Virus record (IMG/VR): IMGVR_UViG_3300032093_000572
Location: 1 to 30,921 of that record
DNA from: a virus
Lineage: Duplodnaviria; Caudoviricetes
Reading direction: 5' to 3' (one strand)
DNA length: 30,921 bases
Shown: positions 26,761-30,921 of the stretch, piece by piece
Layout: each line of letters opens with the position of its first letter
Position numbering within the stretch: the first letter of the stretch is position 1
Translations under genes and position numbers: made by a program
The notes under the pieces: model-generated
Database searches by the model: none
Told to the model about the DNA's origin: nothing
The model's input: the letters and a program-made list of their open reading frames with translations, nothing else

Positions 26761-26957
26761 TCGATGATCCTTCTGGTTGTTAACACTGCATATTCATCTA
26801 GCCCGCCCAACAGCTTGCGGACCGTCTCGCCGTTCACGGGGACCTCTACCTCCATAATTGCGGGGTACTCTAACCCCGCGCAGGCTTTCTTGGCACTTCT
26901 AAGGGACCGCAGACAGCCCAAGGTCACGCCCGATTCTTTTACGATGTAAAATTTCAC
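26757..26957 (-). CDS. Hypothetical protein, 66 aa (MKFYIVKESG...)
   Basis: GTGA overlap with the VRR-NUC stop and a purine-rich SD. This is the likely true start inside the longer listed ORF 26757-27281. Confidence 0.65.
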   Translation of the reverse strand: MKFYIVKESGVTLGCLRSLRSAKKACAGLEYPAIMEVEVPVNGETVRKLLGGLDEYAVLTTRRIIE

Positions 26958-27265
26958 TCCTTCCCCTCCAGTTTGTCCATCAACTTCAAGTCCGATATGG
27001 TCCCGTCGTACACGAAGGCTACGCCGCCCCCCCTGCGGATCATCTCCATCTCCCGGTTCTGTAGCGCCGTCGTGTTGCTGAGTTTCCCCGGCGCTTTGCA
27101 CTCGATGGCAAAGAACCGCCCCCGCCAGCAGCCGACAATGTCGGGGATACCTGAGCGGCCATAGCCGCCCGGAACTGGGAAGAATGCGTAGGGAACTGGC
27201 TCTAGAGAGTTGATGAAGCGCAGGAGCTTCTGCTTCACCTTCCCCTCCGGGGTGTTGGCGCTCAT
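26954..27265 (-). CDS. VRR-NUC family nuclease (Holliday junction resolvase-like)
   Basis: TPEGKVK, GYGRSGIPDIVGC..GRFFAIECKAPG and TALQ motifs. Confidence 0.9.
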   Translation of the reverse strand: MSANTPEGKVKQKLLRFINSLEPVPYAFFPVPGGYGRSGIPDIVGCWRGRFFAIECKAPGKLSNTTALQNREMEMIRRGGGVAFVYDGTISDLKLMDKLEGKE

Positions 27266-27507
27266 AGCTCGTCCCCCTCATCTTCCTCGTCCCTCTCCTT
27301 CGCCTCTTCCCACAGGAGGCGCTGGGCGGCGCGGATCATTGTCTTCACCGCCGCCTCTTCCGAAACCCGCTCGCTGCCGCACACCATCAGCCGTGCAGCG
27401 TCCAGCACATCCTCCCGAAGGAGTTGCAGCCGCCCTTCGCAGATGCCTCGCTTGTGCCCGAGGGCGTAGCCCTTCTCAAACTCGTCCGCCATCGCGTCCG
27501 TTCTCAT
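27262..27507 (-). CDS. Hypothetical protein with acidic tail, 81 aa
   Basis: AAGGAGG SD. TAATG and ATGA coupling. Confidence 0.7.
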   Translation of the reverse strand: MRTDAMADEFEKGYALGHKRGICEGRLQLLREDVLDAARLMVCGSERVSEEAAVKTMIRAAQRLLWEEAKERDEEDEGDEL

Positions 27508-27671
27508 TACTCCACCTCCTTAATTTGCTTCAAAAGAAACCGCACCTCACAGGCGAGCGCGTAGCACTCGATGGGTGCGCCCCGGTCCTCGACCAGCGCC
27601 TTGGCGATGTCTTGCAGGCGGGCCAGATGCTCGCCTGACAGAGTGTACTGTGTTCTCTTTTTAATCCGCAT
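27507..27671 (-). CDS. 54-aa hypothetical protein missing from the ORF track (MRIKKRTQYTLSGEHLARLQDIAKALVEDRGAPIECYALACEVRFLLKQIKEVE)
   Basis: The ATG directly follows the upstream TAA and has a GGAGGAG SD. Its TAA overlaps the next ATG, so it fills the gap exactly. Confidence 0.75.
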   Translation of the reverse strand: MRIKKRTQYTLSGEHLARLQDIAKALVEDRGAPIECYALACEVRFLLKQIKEVE

Positions 27672-28004
27672 TTAGGTCTCCTCCTCCACCAGCCAGAAGT
27701 CCGCGCCCACTTCACCGGGGCGTTGGGTGCGCTTCATGATGTCGATGTTCTCGATCATCCGCCCGATGGTCGATGCGAAGGCGCTGGACCGATACTCCAG
27801 CGCGTCATAGCGGTAGTCGCGGCAGTGGATGCGATACACCTTCTCTTCAGTCGGCTCCAGCCACACATCGGCCCGGAGCGTCGCCGCGTTCATTTTGAAG
27901 TGCGCCATCAGCTTGGTCGCGTCGGCGATCCCGTAGACGCCAAAGGATCGGGCGTCCGAGGCGTAGTTAGTGTAGTAGTCGCGGGTCATCAGTCGGTAGT
28001 TCAT
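27672..28004 (-). CDS. Hypothetical protein, 110 aa
   Basis: GAGGAGGT SD. Confidence 0.75.
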   Translation of the reverse strand: MNYRLMTRDYYTNYASDARSFGVYGIADATKLMAHFKMNAATLRADVWLEPTEEKVYRIHCRDYRYDALEYRSSAFASTIGRMIENIDIMKRTQRPGEVGADFWLVEEET

Positions 28005-28078
28005 CGCAGCACCTCCTCAAGGGCTATTCCGACAAGGAAAAACATTAGCCACAAAAATATCCACTCCTCTTTAGTCAT
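28001..28078 (-). CDS. 25-aa hydrophobic single-TM peptide (MTKEEWIFLWLMFFLVGIALEEVLR), missing from the ORF track
   Basis: GGGAG SD. ATGACTAA overlap with the upstream stop and ATGA overlap with the downstream start. Confidence 0.65.
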   Translation of the reverse strand: MTKEEWIFLWLMFFLVGIALEEVLR

Positions 28079-28289
28079 CGTCGTCGCTCCCGAAGATCTC
28101 CTGCCACTCGGCAGGGGTGGAGCCGGTCATCAGGAACTCGCGCTCGTCCGCGCTCAGATCGGGGAACGCCTCCTGTATCAGCTTGCCGCCTTCCCATTCC
28201 CGCAGGGCGGTTTCAAACGCTTGAGGGTCCATGTCGATGCTCATCTGATTGAGCTTGCCGGTGAAGCAACTCTTGCGCGTGACGATCAT
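28071..28289 (-). CDS. Conserved small phage protein (IQEAFPDLSADEREFLMTG motif), 72 aa
   Basis: AGGAGG SD and TAATG coupling. Confidence 0.8.
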   Translation of the reverse strand: MIVTRKSCFTGKLNQMSIDMDPQAFETALREWEGGKLIQEAFPDLSADEREFLMTGSTPAEWQEIFGSDDDD

Positions 28290-28666
28290 TAGTAGCCCTC
28301 CTGTACGTCGTCGAGGTCAAGGTCGAGGCCGTCTTCCGACAGCGTCACCAGCATCCAGCGGATTTCTGCCCCCTCGGGGAGGGTGGTCGTCCCCTCGGGG
28401 AGGCGCGGGCCAAAGTACTGGCCCACTAAAATGCGGTCGTCGTCCAACCCCGGCAGCAGTTCCGCATTGATGCGGTTCATCGGCACCGGGACCCCAAGGG
28501 CCTCGGTAAAGAGCGCGGCAACGTCCGCGTGACCCACCGCCGAGGTGTATTCAAACTCCTGTGCCAAGCCCCGTGCCTGCTCCAACGTCAGGCGTTGGAA
28601 CCGTAGGTTGCCGCCAAGCGCCCAGCTTGGCAGCATGTTCAATGAGAAAGCGTTTCCGATGTACAT
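28289..28666 (-). CDS. acrIII-1: AcrIII-1 / DUF1874 (STIV B116 / YddF-like) viral ring nuclease homologue
   Basis: MYIGNAFSLNML, SAVGH (catalytic His motif), VPMNR and GQY..PRLPEG are the family signature in the correct order and at the expected length. TAAGGAG SD. Confidence 0.85.
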   Translation of the reverse strand: MYIGNAFSLNMLPSWALGGNLRFQRLTLEQARGLAQEFEYTSAVGHADVAALFTEALGVPVPMNRINAELLPGLDDDRILVGQYFGPRLPEGTTTLPEGAEIRWMLVTLSEDGLDLDLDDVQEGY

Positions 28667-28686
28667 GTTTTTTACTCCTTAATGTT

Positions 28687-28950
28687 TCATTCTGCCCACT
28701 GGGGGAACGTCCCCATCCAGCTTCGGTGGTGCCGTCGCACCTCACCCGCCGTCGCCACCCCCAGCCACTCCTCGTAGGCTTGTTGCTTTTCCCGCCATTG
28801 TTTCACCCATCGCTGCGCTTGGGCTTCGCGGTCTGGGTACTCGCTCCGGGGGTATTCGACGACGCACCCCTTCAGTCGGGCGAGGGCTTTGGCTGCTCGC
28901 ATCGCCCGTGGCTGGGCGATGGCTTCGGTCAATTTGCGTGTTTTGTTCAT
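28687..28950 (-). CDS. Basic hypothetical protein, 87 aa (MNKTRKLTE...)
   Basis: The ATG overlaps the poly-Glu gene stop (ATGA). GAGG from the repeat serves as SD. Confidence 0.7.
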   Translation of the reverse strand: MNKTRKLTEAIAQPRAMRAAKALARLKGCVVEYPRSEYPDREAQAQRWVKQWREKQQAYEEWLGVATAGEVRRHHRSWMGTFPQWAE

Positions 28951-29246
28951 TCTTCCTCTTCCTCTTCCTCTTCCTCTTCCTCTTCCTCTTCCTCTTCCTC
29001 TTCCTCTTCCTCTTCCTCTTCCTCTTCCTCTTCCTCTTCCTCTTCCTCTTCCTCTTCCTCTTCCTCCGGGTCGAAGTCCATCAGCGCAGCGAACTTGGCT
29101 GCGCGCTGCGCGTTGATGCGGTCCTTCTCCGCCTGCGGGAGGGCGTCCCATGCCGCCTTCTCCGCCGCCATTTCCACCTTGGCTCGGGCCTCTCGCTCGG
29201 CCTCGTACTCATCCATCAGGTCGCCCATGTCTTTCATGTCTTTCAT
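28947..29246 (-). CDS. Highly acidic early protein with a 39-residue poly-Glu tail
   Basis: First gene after a consensus promoter. AGGAG SD. Confidence 0.8.
   Translation of the reverse strand: MKDMKDMGDLMDEYEAEREARAKVEMAAEKAAWDALPQAEKDRINAQRAAKFAALMDFDPEEEEEEEEEEEEEEEEEEEEEEEEEEEEEEEEEEEEEEE
28951..29066. repeat. Perfect hexanucleotide microsatellite (TCTTCC)19
   Basis: 114 bp (28951-29064) plus TC. Confidence 0.97.
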
Positions 29247-29281
29247 TCTCTGTCTCCTGTGTTGCGTTCGGTATGGGGTCG

Positions 29282-29309
29282 ATTATAGGGGCGGATAATA
29301 AGCTGTCAA
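29282..29309 (-). promoter_or_regulatory. Consensus sigma70 early promoter
   Basis: TTGACA (29309-29304), 16-nt spacer, TATAAT (29287-29282), with an A-rich tract upstream. Confidence 0.85.
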
Positions 29310-29358
29310 CGCTTTCTTAAATCTTTTTTCGCTTATTGCCCGCCCTTGTTCCTGGGCC

Positions 29359-29724
29359 TTAGTTTATCTGCCCGACAGTAGCGAGCAACTCTTTTCGGTA
29401 CTTCGCCGGGGGCAGTCCCCCAGCGTCGTCGTACTCGTCGAACTCGCCGTCGCTATTGACGTAGGCGTAGTCCATCCACAGCAAGTCGTCGTACTCGTCC
29501 GGGCCTTCGTAGACCTTTTTAGTCAGGGCGAGACGCAGGAAAAACTGAGTCTCTCGCTCAGGGTCGAGGCCCTCGTCGCCAAACCTCTCCCCGGTCATGG
29601 CACGGTGGAGATCCTGTGCGCTGTAGTGCTTCAGCGCCGTCGAGTGGTGGATGTTAAGAATGTCCTCATCGTCGTCCGCCGTCACAGTTTCCAGCGCCCA
29701 TTCATAAACCGTTTTAGTTCCCAT
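29359..29724 (-). CDS. Acidic hypothetical early protein, 121 aa
   Basis: TAAGGAGAG SD. Confidence 0.8.
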   Translation of the reverse strand: MGTKTVYEWALETVTADDDEDILNIHHSTALKHYSAQDLHRAMTGERFGDEGLDPERETQFFLRLALTKKVYEGPDEYDDLLWMDYAYVNSDGEFDEYDDAGGLPPAKYRKELLATVGQIN

Positions 29725-29742
29725 TATTTTTCTCTCCTTAAT

Positions 29743-30006
29743 TTAGCGGTACTTGTCCCAGTTCGGGACTGTTACGCCTTGGCGCTCCAGAGAGAGCAGC
29801 AGGGTGCGAGCCGCTTGGACAAGCCAGCGGTAGTCGCTGTCCACATTGCCGTGCGCGTAGAACAGTGCGTCGTCGATCAACTCGGGCAGGGCAGGGTCGT
29901 CCGCCCGGATGGTCACTGTGCGACGGGTGCGGCGCACCTCCTCGGGGGTTGGCAGTTCCCGGTCCCCGTGGTCGTCATAAAAGGTCACACCAATTTTCAG
30001 TTCCAT
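29743..30006 (-). CDS. Hypothetical early protein, 87 aa
   Basis: AAGGAGAG SD. Confidence 0.8.
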   Translation of the reverse strand: MELKIGVTFYDDHGDRELPTPEEVRRTRRTVTIRADDPALPELIDDALFYAHGNVDSDYRWLVQAARTLLLSLERQGVTVPNWDKYR

Positions 30007-30017
30007 TTTTCTCTCCT

Positions 30018-30215
30018 TTAGATGCCGTTGTGATTGGGCAGCAGGCTACCCATGTTTACCGGGGTCATCGTCCGCGCAGCAGCAGCGCGATCTTCGGGCC
30101 ACTGCAACGCGACGTAGAGCGCGTTGTACTCCTCTGAAGTCAGGGCACGGCGCTTGGACACCGGACGATCCCCCGAGTAGGTGGTAGATTCTAGGACTAA
30201 GGTTATTTCGCTCAT
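30018..30215 (-). CDS. Hypothetical early protein, 65 aa
   Basis: AGGAGGT SD. First gene after the promoter. Confidence 0.75.
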   Translation of the reverse strand: MSEITLVLESTTYSGDRPVSKRRALTSEEYNALYVALQWPEDRAAAARTMTPVNMGSLLPNHNGI

Positions 30216-30239
30216 TTATTTTTACCTCCTGTTTTTTCC

Positions 30240-30268
30240 GTTATAAGGGCTTATTTTAAGCCTGTCAA
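30240..30268 (-). promoter_or_regulatory. Sigma70 early promoter
   Basis: TTGACA (30268-30263), 17-nt spacer, TATAAC (30245-30240), with an A-tract upstream. Confidence 0.8.
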
Positions 30269-30431
30269 GTTTTTTGTGAGTTTAAGGCCCATTAGCACAG
30301 TCAAGGTTCCCTGTCAAGTGTTTTTTGGGGGGTGTATAAGGGGCAATTGGCGGGGGATTTAGGGGCTTAAACTAGCGAGGGGCGGGGGTATTGTGGCACT
30401 GTTCCAAGGATTGTTCCAAGTGTGGCGCGTG

Positions 30432-30444
30432 TAAGTTATTGATT
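30432..30444 (-). promoter_or_regulatory. IHF consensus site (AATCAATAACTTA)
   Basis: Exact match to WATCAANNNNTTR. Confidence 0.7.
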
Positions 30445-30655
30445 TTATTATTTGTTCCGTTTGTGGCAATGTTCCGGGAAAAAATTGCAACTGAGAGAAA
30501 AAACTTCTGTGCCAAAACGCAACGGAGCCTCTATTATTATATAATATTAATTTATAATATAGGGGGTTCTTGGAAAAAGTCACAGAGACACAGAGATTTT
30601 TTCTCTCACTCTCAAATTTTTGTTGGAACATTGGAACAGATGGAACAATCAATAA

Positions 30656-30668
30656 AATCAATGGGTTA
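30656..30668 (+). promoter_or_regulatory. IHF consensus site (AATCAATGGGTTA)
   Basis: Exact match to WATCAANNNNTTR, mirror-symmetric to 30432-30444. Confidence 0.7.
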
Positions 30669-30709
30669 GAAAAATAAAAACGGAACAATCGTTGGAACAA
30701 CGGAACAAA

Positions 30710-30892
30710 AGGGCGCGGACATTTACCCCAATGCCGCCGAGGGCGCTCACAAAGGGCTTGGACTGTCGGAGGAACTGGTCAGGCGCGGGACCGCACCCGA
30801 GGGCGCTCACTGCCCGCCCCGCCGAGGGCGCAGGCTCCCCGAAGGGCGCGGACTTCCATCGCCCAAGGGCGCGGACTGTCGGAGGAACTGGT
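30710..30892 (+). repeat. GC-rich direct repeat cluster (AGGGCGC x6; GGACTGTCGGAGGAACTGGT x2)
   Basis: AGGGCGC at 30710, 30740, 30800, 30825, 30843 and 30866. The 20-mer is at 30760-30779 and 30873-30892. Confidence 0.85.
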
Positions 30893-30921
30893 TAGGCGGG
30901 CGGCGGGCGGCGCAGCGCGGG

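Larger units (their letters stand above)
30392..30707. other. Putative replication origin: ~316-bp degenerate palindrome with inverted iterons, two IHF sites and an AT-only core
   Basis: TGTTCC/TGTGGC boxes on the left mirror GGAACA boxes on the right about position 30550. Inverted repeat 30492-30511 / 30589-30608 matches at 18/20. A 30-bp pure A/T run spans 30532-30561. Confidence 0.65.

Noticed and set aside
26757-27281. 174-aa ORF overlapping VRR-NUC
   Set aside because: Only the last 66 codons (GTG at 26957, coupled to the VRR-NUC stop) look real.
28687-29151. Listed 154-aa ORF with (RG)n, and + strand poly-Ser, (LP)n and (FL)n ORFs across the microsatellite
   Set aside because: These are alternative frames of a stop-free repeat. 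The SD, promoter position and ATGA coupling support the poly-Glu gene plus a separate gene starting at 28950.
30279-30317. Extra TTGACA (30317-30312) and TTGACT (30304-30299) as additional promoters
   Set aside because: There is no acceptable -10 hexamer at 16-18 nt spacing. They could be operator half-sites, but this is unsupported.
30710-30892. Possible CRISPR mini-array
   Set aside because: The repeats are short, nested and irregularly spaced, with no constant repeat-spacer period and no cas operon. The Cas4-like nuclease is a standard phage replication gene.
30359-30895. Listed ORFs over the right-end region
   Set aside because: They have low-complexity translations and no SD, and the region is better explained by symmetric non-coding motifs.
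1-30921. tRNA/rRNA genes, integrase, reverse transcriptase/DGR, alternative genetic code
   Set aside because: None was recognisable by eye. Genes tile cleanly under the standard code with TAA, TGA and TAG stops. tRNAscan and Infernal were not run.

Overview
The window is a 31 kb piece of a tailed dsDNA phage genome, probably podovirus-like. Sigma70 promoters and IHF sites suggest a proteobacterial host (inference). The left arm (+ strand, 1-13879) encodes three Pro/Gly/Gln-rich putative internal virion or ejection proteins and a 3219-aa polyvalent protein. The right arm (- strand, 13964-30215) holds a replication module: primase-DUF927 helicase, HTH protein, putative SSB, SNF2 helicase, adenine MTase, small HNH, PD-(D/E)XK nuclease, family A polymerase and a 2OG-Fe(II) oxygenase. 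About 20 small, tightly coupled early genes follow, including VRR-NUC, DUF3310 and an AcrIII-1/DUF1874 ring-nuclease homologue. The right end is non-coding, with a ~316 bp degenerate palindrome (likely origin) and GC-rich repeats. Four observations stand out. (1) A candidate 69-nt anti-Shine-Dalgarno, GU-rich sRNA with its own promoter and terminator, complementary to the leaders of the phage's own sigma70 transcripts. (2) Payload modules in the giant protein that are bounded by in-frame DNA direct repeats encoding '(V/I)RESRA' or '(F/Y)SRA'. (3) An early anti-defence operon with a poly-Glu protein, AcrIII-1 and a 25-aa membrane peptide. (4) The symmetric origin-like element. All family calls come from motif recognition by eye; no database search was run.
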